A stretch of 38,434 bases of DNA from positions 1 through 38,434 of the IMG/VR virus record IMGVR_UViG_3300011338_000269; one strand, written 5' to 3'. Origin of the DNA: a virus. Lineage: Duplodnaviria > Caudoviricetes. The position numbers and the translations under genes are program-made. The notes under the pieces were generated by a model. It did not search any database and had not been told where the DNA came from. It saw only the letters and a list, made by a program, of their open reading frames with translations. Numbering within the stretch: position 1 is the first letter of the stretch; each line of letters begins with the position of its first letter. Below, piece by piece: positions 24,194 to 32,473 of the stretch.

Positions 24194-24354
24194 AGCTCTA
24201 TGACGTACCAAGGAACACACGTATAGTTCTTGAAGATGACACAGAACTAATGTTTGACCACCTTGATGGGATGTATAGTGTGTGCTATAATGATAGTGGA
24301 AGCATCGTACATTTAGCAGTGTGGACAGAGGTTACAATTAAGGAAGACAAATGA
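24190..24354 (+). CDS. Hypothetical protein (54 aa, absent from the ORF track)
   Basis: MKLYDVPRNTRIV...FDHLDGMYSVC...VHLAVWTEV; ATGA overlaps at both ends. Confidence 0.6.
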   Translation: MKLYDVPRNTRIVLEDDTELMFDHLDGMYSVCYNDSGSIVHLAVWTEVTIKEDK

Positions 24355-24617
24355 CATTGACAATTGAAGGTACATTAGCACAACGCCAAGACACCTATGG
24401 TGACTACAAAGATGTTGCTCGTACAGCACAAGACTTAAAACAAATTGTTCGTACACGTGGTAACTGGCATGATATGTCACCGCCAATGCAAGAAAGCATG
24501 GATATGATTTGCAACAAGATGGCTCGTATCCTCAACGGCAACCCATATTATGCAGACAGTTGGCATGACATCTCAGGGTATGCTACACTTGTGGTTAAGG
24601 AACTTGGATATGAATAA
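24351..24617 (+). CDS. DUF6378-like alpha-helical protein
   Basis: TLAQRQDTYGD...KMARILNG.P...DSWHDISGYATLV. Confidence 0.7.
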   Translation: MTLTIEGTLAQRQDTYGDYKDVARTAQDLKQIVRTRGNWHDMSPPMQESMDMICNKMARILNGNPYYADSWHDISGYATLVVKELGYE

Positions 24618-24626
24618 GGAAACCAA

Positions 24627-26330
24627 ATGCGGAGGCTCTTTCTAGACACAGAAACAAACAGCACACATGACCACATATGGTGCTGTTACACGTACAATGA
24701 AGATGGATATGTATGTCACACAGAAGCAAGTACACTGATTCCCTTAATCGAAAGCTCAGACAAAGTGATAGGACACAACTTGATAGGCTTCGATGCGGGA
24801 GTCTTGAAGAGATGTTGGGGAGTGAAGATACCAGCAGCAAAAGCGATAGATACCTTGATACTGTCAAGGCTATACAATCCAAATATAGAAGGAGGCCACA
24901 GTTTGGCAGCATGGGGGGAAAGGACAGGACAAAAGAAGACTGACTATGCCCAAGCCTATGTGGACAAGACAGGGCGGTCTGCCGACCTCCGATGGGACAA
25001 CCCTGATCTTGAGCTTCTGTATGAGTATTGCAAGGATGATGTTGCTGCTTTGGTTGCAACATACGAGATGGTTAACAAGATGCTTGAGAAAGACCAGTTC
25101 TCTGAACAGAGTGTTAAGCTTGAGCATGACGTTGCAATTATTATTCAAAGGCAGAAGGAACATGGTTTTAAACTGGATGTTAAGAAAGCTCAGGGCTTGC
25201 TGGCTATGCTTCAAGGTAAGATGGTGGACATTGAGAATGAGCTTCAAGTTGTCTTCCCTCCCTACGTTGAATCAGGGAGGAAGAACAAGAGGACAGGAGC
25301 ACCACTAAAAGATATTGTCACCCCATTCAATGCTGGCAGTAGACAACAAATAGCTGAGCGTCTTGAGAAGCTTGGTGTTAAGTTTACTAAGAAGACAGAG
25401 AAGGGAGCAGTGATTGTCGATGAGACAGTGCTTGCATCCATTGCTCTGCCAGAGGCAAGGCTCCTATCTGAATACCTCATGCTGCAAAAGCGTGTGGCTC
25501 AGATTGGTAGCTGGCTTGAAGAGGTGAGAGATACAGGCAGGGTGCATGGCAGTGTCATTACCAATGGCGCTGTCACTGGTAGAATGACACACAGCAGCCC
25601 CAACATGGCACAGGTTCCCAACAAGGGAAGCCCCTATGGTGAGGACTGTCGTGAGTTGTGGACTGTAGATGAAGGCAATGTTCTTGTTGGTGCTGATGCC
25701 AGTGGTCTTGAACTACGAATGCTGGCTCACTACATGAAGGACGATGCCTATATCAAAACTGTTTGTGAAGGAAGTTCAAAAGATGGCACTGATGTACACA
25801 CGCAAAATCAAAAGGCAGCGGGTCTTGCGACAAGGGATGAAGCGAAGACCTTCATTTACGCCTTTCTCTATGGTGCAGGGGCGGAGAAGATTGGTAAAAT
25901 TGTCGGTGGTAATGCTCGTGATGGACAGAAGCTCATTGAAAGTTTCTTGTCCAACACTCCCGCTCTCAAGAGTTTACGGAATAACGTATCCAAGTATGCA
26001 AGCAAGGGTTTTGTACCGGGGCTGGATGGTAGGAAAATATGGGTTCGCTCCGAACATTCGGCAGTTAACAGCTTATTGCAAGGAGCAGGCGCGATTGTTA
26101 TGAAACAGGCTCTTGTCTTGTTAGACGCAGAGCTTAGGAAGAAGAAGATTTGGTATGGCTTTTGTGTCAATGTCCACGATGAATGGCAGATTGAAACAAA
26201 AGAAAAAGATGGCGAGCTTGTAGGACAACTCGCAGTGCAGAGCATACAAAAAGCAGGAGAGCTTCTCGGCTTACGTTGCCCTGTATCTGGAGAGTTTAGT
26301 ACAGGTAAGACATGGCGTGACACACATTGA
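24627..26330 (+). CDS. polA: DNA polymerase family A with 3'-5' exonuclease (T7-like)
   Basis: LDTET, GHNLIGFD, YCKDDV exonuclease motifs; DASGLELR (A), RDEAKTFIYAFLYG (B, Tyr762), VHDE (C). Confidence 0.95.
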   Translation: MRRLFLDTETNSTHDHIWCCYTYNEDGYVCHTEASTLIPLIESSDKVIGHNLIGFDAGVLKRCWGVKIPAAKAIDTLILSRLYNPNIEGGHSLAAWGERTGQKKTDYAQAYVDKTGRSADLRWDNPDLELLYEYCKDDVAALVATYEMVNKMLEKDQFSEQSVKLEHDVAIIIQRQKEHGFKLDVKKAQGLLAMLQGKMVDIENELQVVFPPYVESGRKNKRTGAPLKDIVTPFNAGSRQQIAERLEKLGVKFTKKTEKGAVIVDETVLASIALPEARLLSEYLMLQKRVAQIGSWLEEVRDTGRVHGSVITNGAVTGRMTHSSPNMAQVPNKGSPYGEDCRELWTVDEGNVLVGADASGLELRMLAHYMKDDAYIKTVCEGSSKDGTDVHTQNQKAAGLATRDEAKTFIYAFLYGAGAEKIGKIVGGNARDGQKLIESFLSNTPALKSLRNNVSKYASKGFVPGLDGRKIWVRSEHSAVNSLLQGAGAIVMKQALVLLDAELRKKKIWYGFCVNVHDEWQIETKEKDGELVGQLAVQSIQKAGELLGLRCPVSGEFSTGKTWRDTH

Positions 26331-26345
26331 AAAATGTGTTATAAT
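26317..26345 (+). promoter_or_regulatory. sigma70 promoter for the SSB-to-RNR block
   Basis: GTGACA-17-TATAAT with TG extension; spacer palindrome ACACATT-GAAA-AATGTGT. Confidence 0.7.
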
Positions 26346-26370
26346 ATTGTTTTTATACAAAGGAAAAAGA

Positions 26371-26811
26371 ATGAACCAAGTTAAAGTAGTGGGTAAATTG
26401 TTTTGGGCTAAACACATGGAAGTCCCTAATCGGGAGTTCAATGCAGACAACACTCGTTTTGAGATTTGTATTGGTGGCTTGAGCGATTCCATTGCATCAC
26501 GCCTTACATCAGAGCTTGGTGTTAAGGTGAAAGAGAAGGCTGATGACAAGTATGGACGTGGTAAGTACATCATCGTCAAGAGCAACTATGCTATCAAGGC
26601 TGTTGATGATAACAATGGTCGTGTCTCTCCTGACCTGATTGGCAATGGCACTGTTGCAGAAGCAACCATCAGTAGCTACACCCACAAGATGTCAGCTATG
26701 CACGGCAATGCTCCCTCTCTGCTGCACAGCAAGGACAACCCTGCTCTGCGTATTAAGCAGTTGGTGTCTGCCCCTGTTGAGCAAGAAGAAGAAGCAGAAG
26801 TAGTTCTGTAA
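26371..26811 (+). CDS. Single-stranded DNA-binding protein (T7 gp2.5-like)
   Basis: GKLFWA...IGNGT pattern and acidic C-tail EQEEEAEVVL; located between pol and exonuclease. Confidence 0.65.
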   Translation: MNQVKVVGKLFWAKHMEVPNREFNADNTRFEICIGGLSDSIASRLTSELGVKVKEKADDKYGRGKYIIVKSNYAIKAVDDNNGRVSPDLIGNGTVAEATISSYTHKMSAMHGNAPSLLHSKDNPALRIKQLVSAPVEQEEEAEVVL

Positions 26812-27506
26812 TGATTGCTCTTGTAGATGGTGATGTGATGTGCTATCGCATTGCCTTCTCTTGTAAGGATGACTCAGAAAGCCAAGCCATTACAACGATG
26901 GCTAACTTTCTTGAGGACATCCTTATGACACAGCTAGGTCTTGAGAGTTGGGAAATCTTCTTAACAGGGAAGACAAACTTCAGGAAAGAGATAGCTGTCA
27001 CTGCCCCTTACAAAGGGAACAGAACACAAGAGAAGCCAGCACATTTAGAAATCTTACGTAACTATCTAGTTACCGCATGGGGTGCTACGATGAGCATTGA
27101 TGAAGAGGCTGATGACCTAATAGCAATTAGAGCAACAGAGCTTCAAGATGATTGCATCATGGTGTCAGTAGATAAAGACTTCAATCAGGTGGCAGGATGG
27201 CATTACAATTTTGTGAAACAAGACAAGTACTTTGTCTCAGAAGAACAAGGACTCCGCTTCTTCTACAAACAAATGTTGATGGGCGACAGAGCAGACAACA
27301 TTGTGGGTATCAAGGGGATTGGGGATGTGAAAGCAACCAAGATGCTTGCCAAAGCCAAGACCGAAAGCGAGATGCTTGCAGTTTGCTTGGAGGCACTGGG
27401 CGAAGAACGAGTTAAAGAGAATGGACTTCTATTATGGCTAAGACGATTCCCCGAACAGATGTGGTTCCCTCCAGTTTCTGGCTCGCAGGCTGTGAATGGA
27501 CAGTAG
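26811..27506 (+). CDS. 5'-3' exonuclease (T7 gp6/RNase H-like)
   Basis: ALVDGD, NFR, YKGNR, EADD, SVDKD, GDRADNIVGIKGIG. Confidence 0.9.
   Translation: MIALVDGDVMCYRIAFSCKDDSESQAITTMANFLEDILMTQLGLESWEIFLTGKTNFRKEIAVTAPYKGNRTQEKPAHLEILRNYLVTAWGATMSIDEEADDLIAIRATELQDDCIMVSVDKDFNQVAGWHYNFVKQDKYFVSEEQGLRFFYKQMLMGDRADNIVGIKGIGDVKATKMLAKAKTESEMLAVCLEALGEERVKENGLLLWLRRFPEQMWFPPVSGSQAVNGQ
27058..27073. promoter_or_regulatory. GTAACT-N4-AGTWAC box, copy 7 (intragenic)
   Basis: GTAACTATCTAGTTAC inside the exonuclease CDS. Confidence 0.6.
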
Positions 27507-27721
27507 TTTATGTTGACGAGTTACAAGACTTTGGTACATGTGATCCCGGCAAGTATGAAATATTAATACGTGCCAACATGAATGAACAAGCGACAAGAGC
27601 AACCTTCTTTCATGAGCTTGTACATGCAATTAAGTTTACGATGGGAGACATAAGCCACGATGAAAAAGAAGTTGAAGGGTTCGGGAATCTCCTCTGCCAA
27701 TGGTACAGAACAAAAGCATAA
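27434..27721 (+). CDS. Small zincin-like (HExxH) protein
   Basis: TFFHELVHAI...HDEKEVE; start uncertain. Confidence 0.6.
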   Translation: MAKTIPRTDVVPSSFWLAGCEWTVVYVDELQDFGTCDPGKYEILIRANMNEQATRATFFHELVHAIKFTMGDISHDEKEVEGFGNLLCQWYRTKA

Positions 27722-28130
27722 TGACAGTGAGTGGACAGCAGCAAGGTTCAGAAGCTTTGTTGTCTCTGCCCTACGCACAGCAACACGTAGATGGCCTCCT
27801 AAGCTCAAGGCTTTGAAGGCTGCATACATAGGTAGGAAGGTTAATCAGAAGACAAACAAGATGGCAATGCACTATGCCTGTGCTAGCTGTGATGTCCACT
27901 TCGTTGCCAAGGATGTACAGGTTGACCACATCTTCCCTGTTGTTGAACCAAGTGTGGGCTTTGTTGATTGGGATACATACATCAACAGGTTGTTCTGTGA
28001 GAAAGAAAACTTACAGGTGTTATGCAAACCCTGTCATTCAGAGAAGACAGCATTAGAGAAAACAGAAAGGAAAGATTATGGGAAGACCAAAGAAAGTGCA
28101 GACAGAACAGGTAGAACCAAGCACCAATGA
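27660..28130 (+). CDS. HNH endonuclease
   Basis: YACASC...VQVDHIFPVV...NLQVLCKPCHSEKT; start uncertain. Confidence 0.8.
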   Translation: MKKKLKGSGISSANGTEQKHNDSEWTAARFRSFVVSALRTATRRWPPKLKALKAAYIGRKVNQKTNKMAMHYACASCDVHFVAKDVQVDHIFPVVEPSVGFVDWDTYINRLFCEKENLQVLCKPCHSEKTALEKTERKDYGKTKESADRTGRTKHQ

Positions 28131-28380
28131 GCAGTGGTATCTCTACCTTGTGAACTACTGGGTTCCATTTCCTAGTAGTGAATATGGTGGCTTGCAATGC
28201 GTCTTAGCACGTAACAAAGAAGAAGCTAAGGAAGCAATTAAGGAAGCAGCAGGAGACTTCATGGTTGGGTCTTTTAAAGATGCTGATGAACGCATTGAAC
28301 TGCGTATCAACAAAGCAGAAGTCTTTCCTGTTATGGGTAGTTATGGTGAACCTCACATTGTTAGGAGTATGGAAACATGA
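28078..28380 (+). CDS. Hypothetical protein
   Basis: ORF track; YLVNYWVPFPSSEYGGL. Confidence 0.6.
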   Translation: MGRPKKVQTEQVEPSTNEQWYLYLVNYWVPFPSSEYGGLQCVLARNKEEAKEAIKEAAGDFMVGSFKDADERIELRINKAEVFPVMGSYGEPHIVRSMET

Positions 28381-28553
28381 AGATTGAAATTATGGCTTTC
28401 GATGAGAACGAAGATGGCTCAGCCGATTGTTCTTTTGAGACAGATAAAGAAGGTAAAGAAGCCCTCTTTCGTTATGGCTTACTGGCTCTGCTGAAAGAAG
28501 CAATGGCACAGGGGCATGGACTAATGCCATCAGAGGACAAAGATGGGAGTTAG
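28377..28553 (+). CDS. Hypothetical protein (58 aa, absent from the ORF track)
   Basis: MKIEIMAFDENEDGSADCSFETDKEGKEALFRYGLLALLKEA...; ATGA coupling. Confidence 0.6.
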   Translation: MKIEIMAFDENEDGSADCSFETDKEGKEALFRYGLLALLKEAMAQGHGLMPSEDKDGS

Positions 28554-29157
28554 GCTTGTATGGGCAACACCAAATGGTGAAGCCCTAGTTGCTGAGATGG
28601 CTCGTGTGTCAAACCCAACTAACAAGAACAACACAGCCACTGCCCCTAAGCTTATTAAATACTTGATAGATAATAAGCATTGGAGTCCATTTGAGATGGT
28701 CAATGTCTGTATGGAAATTGTTACAACACGTGACATTGCTAGACAGATATTGAGACACAGAAGCTTTAGCTTCCAAGAGTTTAGTCAGCGGTATGCCATT
28801 GCCAATACTTTCGCTTCATCAGAGGCTCGCCTTCAAGATGATAAGAACAGACAGAACAGTCTTGAGACTGATGATGTTGTAACGCAGGGCTGGTGGACTG
28901 ATGTACAAGAACGTATGATTATGGAAGCTTCTCTTCTGTATCGGCTTGCTTTGGACAGAGGCATTGCAAAAGAGACAGCACGTAAGGTGTTGCCTGAAGG
29001 ACTAACAGAAAGTACAATGTATATGAACGGAACGCTGCGTAGCTGGCTTCATTACATTGACATTCGTTGTGACAAGGCAACACAGAAAGAGCATCGCCTC
29101 ATTGCTGAACAATGTCGTGATGTGATTAAAGAACTTTTCCCATCAATTAAGGAATGA
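28543..29157 (+). CDS. thyX: Flavin-dependent thymidylate synthase
   Basis: HWSPFEM, RQILRHRSFSFQEFSQRY (RHRx7S), ARKVLP, TQKEHR. Confidence 0.95.
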   Translation: MGVRLVWATPNGEALVAEMARVSNPTNKNNTATAPKLIKYLIDNKHWSPFEMVNVCMEIVTTRDIARQILRHRSFSFQEFSQRYAIANTFASSEARLQDDKNRQNSLETDDVVTQGWWTDVQERMIMEASLLYRLALDRGIAKETARKVLPEGLTESTMYMNGTLRSWLHYIDIRCDKATQKEHRLIAEQCRDVIKELFPSIKE

Positions 29158-29158
29158 T

Positions 29159-29413
29159 ATGGACAACGACAAGACACGCTACATGTTTCATGTGGAAACA
29201 AAAGGATATGAAGATACATTTGAGCATCGCTCCTACCCAGATATTATCTTAACAGAGTATGCAACCTTCAGTGGTAATGAACGATGGCCTGATGTGGTAC
29301 GTGCTTTCACTCGCTTCTTAGGCAACGTATATGGCTATGACATTGAGGAGAAGTTCAATGAGATGTACATAGACCCCTTGACCAAATGGGAAGAAGAGCA
29401 GAAAATCAAATGA
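29159..29413 (+). CDS. Hypothetical protein
   Basis: ORF track; RFLGNVYGYDI. Confidence 0.6.
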   Translation: MDNDKTRYMFHVETKGYEDTFEHRSYPDIILTEYATFSGNERWPDVVRAFTRFLGNVYGYDIEEKFNEMYIDPLTKWEEEQKIK

Positions 29414-30171
29414 GACACTTAGTTATTCCTGACACACAATGCAAACCCGGAGTTTCTCTTGAGCATCTGGAATGGGTTGGCAAGTATGCAGCAGACAAGA
29501 AACCAGATGTCATCATCCATCTTGGCGATCATTGGGATATGCCAAGCCTTTCAATTTACGATGTAGGGAAGAAAAGCTTTGAAGGTAGAACGTATCAAGC
29601 AGATATTGAATCTGGTCACGCTGGAATGGAACTTCTTTTGTCTCCGATTAAAGCTGAGCAACAGCGTCTTAAGAGAAACAAAGAAAAACAATGGAACCCA
29701 CGCCTTGTCTTTCTATTGGGAAACCATGAGGAACGCATTCAAAGAGCTATTGAGAGCGATAGAAAACTGGATGGACTCATTGGTTATCACGACCTTAAAC
29801 TTGCTTCTTATGGTTGGGAGTGTTATGATTTTCTTCAGCCTGTCGTTCTGGATGGCATTGCTTATTGTCATTACTTCACTTCAGGTGTTATGGGAAGGCC
29901 TGTTAGCTCGCCTGCGTTGATGCTCTCTAAGAAGCACATGAGCTGTGTCATGGGGCATGTGCAGGACAGGGGTATTGCCTATGCTCGTAGGGCTGATGGT
30001 AAGCGTATGACAGGCTTGTTTGCTGGCATCTGCTACCAACACGATGAGAAGTATCTAACACCACAAACTAATGGCTCTTGGTCTGGTGTGTGGATGTTCA
30101 ATGAGGTTGTTGAAGGCAGCTTCGATGAGCTTCCTGTTAGTCTCAATTACTTGCGTGAGACTTACGCATGA
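29410..30171 (+). CDS. Calcineurin-like metallophosphoesterase
   Basis: IPDTQ, HLGDHWD, LGNHE, CHY, GHVQ motifs; start at ATG 29410. Confidence 0.85.
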   Translation: MRHLVIPDTQCKPGVSLEHLEWVGKYAADKKPDVIIHLGDHWDMPSLSIYDVGKKSFEGRTYQADIESGHAGMELLLSPIKAEQQRLKRNKEKQWNPRLVFLLGNHEERIQRAIESDRKLDGLIGYHDLKLASYGWECYDFLQPVVLDGIAYCHYFTSGVMGRPVSSPALMLSKKHMSCVMGHVQDRGIAYARRADGKRMTGLFAGICYQHDEKYLTPQTNGSWSGVWMFNEVVEGSFDELPVSLNYLRETYA

Positions 30172-30323
30172 GCCTCACGTTGTATGACATTGCTGACTTG
30201 CTAAGACGAGAAGATTGTGTTACAATATTAGAACTGTTGGACATAAGCAGTGATGAGCTTGTTGATAGGTTCATGGATGTGATAGAAGATAAAGCTGATA
30301 AGATAGAAAAGGAACTTGAATGA
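30168..30323 (+). CDS. Small acidic hypothetical protein (51 aa, absent from the ORF track)
   Basis: MSLTLYDIADLLRREDCVTILELLDISSDELVDRFMDVIEDKADKIEKELE; ATGA overlaps at both ends. Confidence 0.65.
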   Translation: MSLTLYDIADLLRREDCVTILELLDISSDELVDRFMDVIEDKADKIEKELE

Positions 30324-32224
30324 ATAATTATATGGGAAGTTATGAGCAGTTTATCGCTAAGAGTCGATATGCTCGTTACTTAGACAGTGAGCAACGGCGT
30401 GAGAACTGGGATGAGACAGTGGCTCGTTACTTAGACTTCATGTCAAAGCACTTAGAGAAAGAGCACAGCTATACCATCTCTGATAAGATGTATGCAGAGC
30501 TTTACGATGCCATCTACAACATGGAGGTTATGCCTTCTATGCGTAGCGTTATGACTGCTGGTAAGGCATTAGAGCGAGACAACACTGCTGGCTATAACTG
30601 TTCCTACCTTCCTGTAGATGACGTTAAGAGTTTCGATGAGGCTATGTACATCTTGTTGTGTGGCACAGGGGTTGGCTTCTCTGTTGAACGTCAGTTTGTG
30701 CAGAAGCTTCCTGACATCCCTGAGCAACTGTTCAACAGTGATACGACAATCGTAGTGGCAGATAGTAAAGAAGGTTGGGCTAAGGCTTTACGTCAATGTA
30801 TTGCCTTGCTCTACTCAGGAGAGATTCCTAAGTTCGATGTGTCTAAGGTTCGTCCTGCTGGCGCTCGTCTGAAGGTGTTTGGTGGACGTGCTAGTGGCCC
30901 TGAACCCTTGAAGGAACTCTTTGCCTTTGTCAGCAACATCTTCAAGAATGCTGCTGGACGTAAGCTCAATAGCCTTGAATGCCATGACATCATGTGCAAG
31001 ATTGGTGAGGTTGTGGTTGTTGGTGGTGTTCGCCGTAGTGCTATGATTAGTCTGTCTAACTTGTCAGATGATCGTATGCGTAACGCTAAGAGTGGTGCAT
31101 GGTGGGAGAAGAATGGTCAACGTGCATTGGCTAACAACAGTGCTTGCTACACAGAGCGTCCTGACATGGGCATCTTCATGCAAGAGTGGACTAGCCTATA
31201 CGAGAGCAAGAGTGGTGAACGTGGTGTATTCAATCGTGAAGCAGCAAAGAACATTGTAAAGAAAAATGGCAGACGAAATCCTGATTTTGACTTCGGAACT
31301 AATCCATGCTCTGAGATTATTCTTCGACCATATCAGTTCTGTAATCTTTCCGAAATTGTTGTACGTGCTGATGACACTGTAGATAGCTTGAAACGTAAGG
31401 CACGTTTAGCCACAATCTTAGGTACATTCCAGAGCACATTGACCCACTTCCCATACCTACGTAAGGTGTGGCAGAAGAACACAGAGGAAGAGCGTCTGTT
31501 GGGTGTATCAATGACAGGCATCATGGACAACCCACGACTGAACAACCCTAATGACATGGGTGTTGGTATCATCTTGGAACAAGTTAGGAACGTCTGTGTT
31601 GCAACAAACCAACTCTTGGCAGAACAGCTTGGCATTCCACAGTCTGCTGCCATTACATGTGTTAAGCCCTCTGGCACTGTTAGCCAGCTTACCGATAGTG
31701 CTTCTGGTATTCATGCTCGCCATGCTGCTTACTATTATCGGAGAGTTCGTGCAGACATTAAAGACCCTCTGACACAGCATTTGATTGCAGCGGGGGTGCA
31801 AGCAGAGCCTTGTGTGATGAAGCCTGACCAGACTATGGTGTTCACCTTCCCCAAGAAAGCACCAGAGGGAGCCTTGTTACGTGATGGTCTGACAGCCCTT
31901 GAGCACCTACGCTTATGGCTTGTCTTTCAGCGTCACTGGTGTGAGCACAAGCCCTCTGTTACCATCTCTGTTAAGGAACATGAGTGGATGGAAGTTGGAG
32001 CTTTTGTATGGGAGCACTTCGATGAGATGAGTGGTGTGTCTTTCTTGCCCTATGATGGTGGCTCGTATCGACAGGCTCCTTATGAAGATTGCACTCAGGA
32101 GCAATACGATGCTTTGATGGCGATAACCCCTCAAGAGATTGATTGGGACAGCTTAATTGAGGTGGAAGATAATGTTGAAGGTACACAGATGCTTGCATGT
32201 GTGTCTGGTGTTTGTGAAATCTAA
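30320..32224 (+). CDS. nrdJ: Class II (adenosylcobalamin-dependent) ribonucleotide reductase, monomeric RTPR-like
   Basis: GYNC, GGVRRSA, GTNPCSEI, TCVKPSGT, C-terminal CVSGVCEI redox pair; no beta subunit gene in the genome. Confidence 0.9.
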   Translation: MNNYMGSYEQFIAKSRYARYLDSEQRRENWDETVARYLDFMSKHLEKEHSYTISDKMYAELYDAIYNMEVMPSMRSVMTAGKALERDNTAGYNCSYLPVDDVKSFDEAMYILLCGTGVGFSVERQFVQKLPDIPEQLFNSDTTIVVADSKEGWAKALRQCIALLYSGEIPKFDVSKVRPAGARLKVFGGRASGPEPLKELFAFVSNIFKNAAGRKLNSLECHDIMCKIGEVVVVGGVRRSAMISLSNLSDDRMRNAKSGAWWEKNGQRALANNSACYTERPDMGIFMQEWTSLYESKSGERGVFNREAAKNIVKKNGRRNPDFDFGTNPCSEIILRPYQFCNLSEIVVRADDTVDSLKRKARLATILGTFQSTLTHFPYLRKVWQKNTEEERLLGVSMTGIMDNPRLNNPNDMGVGIILEQVRNVCVATNQLLAEQLGIPQSAAITCVKPSGTVSQLTDSASGIHARHAAYYYRRVRADIKDPLTQHLIAAGVQAEPCVMKPDQTMVFTFPKKAPEGALLRDGLTALEHLRLWLVFQRHWCEHKPSVTISVKEHEWMEVGAFVWEHFDEMSGVSFLPYDGGSYRQAPYEDCTQEQYDALMAITPQEIDWDSLIEVEDNVEGTQMLACVSGVCEI

Positions 32225-32233
32225 GGAGCTATT

Positions 32234-32422
32234 ATGATATTGTTACGATTCCGTCATGGTATTGGTTTGGACATTGAGTACAACGAAGACATCTGTCACA
32301 TCTTAACTGATGGTAAGACAGAGGATGTTGTAGCCTTTGTTGGTGTGATTATTAAAGTACCATTCATCACTCTTTATCTAGGTGAGTTCTACGATCTAGA
32401 GGATGCACCTGTGAAGGCATAA
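32234..32422 (+). CDS. Hypothetical protein
   Basis: AAGGAG RBS; last gene of the + arm. Confidence 0.55.
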   Translation: MILLRFRHGIGLDIEYNEDICHILTDGKTEDVVAFVGVIIKVPFITLYLGEFYDLEDAPVKA

Positions 32423-32423
32423 C

Positions 32424-32456
32424 AAAAAAGGGGACTTAATAGTCCCCTTTCTTTTT
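32424..32456. terminator. Bidirectional rho-independent terminator
   Basis: AAAAAA-GGGGACT-TAAT-AGTCCCC-TTTCTTTTT between the convergent arms. Confidence 0.9.
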
Positions 32457-32457
32457 G

Positions 32458-32473
32458 GTAACTAGGAAGTTAC
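32458..32473. promoter_or_regulatory. GTAACT-N4-AGTWAC box, copy 8
   Basis: GTAACTAGGAAGTTAC, adjacent to the terminator and overlapping the stop of the last late gene. Confidence 0.65.

Noticed and set aside
30168-30323. Cobalamin riboswitch upstream of nrdJ
   Set aside because: The gap is completely filled by a coupled 51-aa ORF, and no B12-box is seen.
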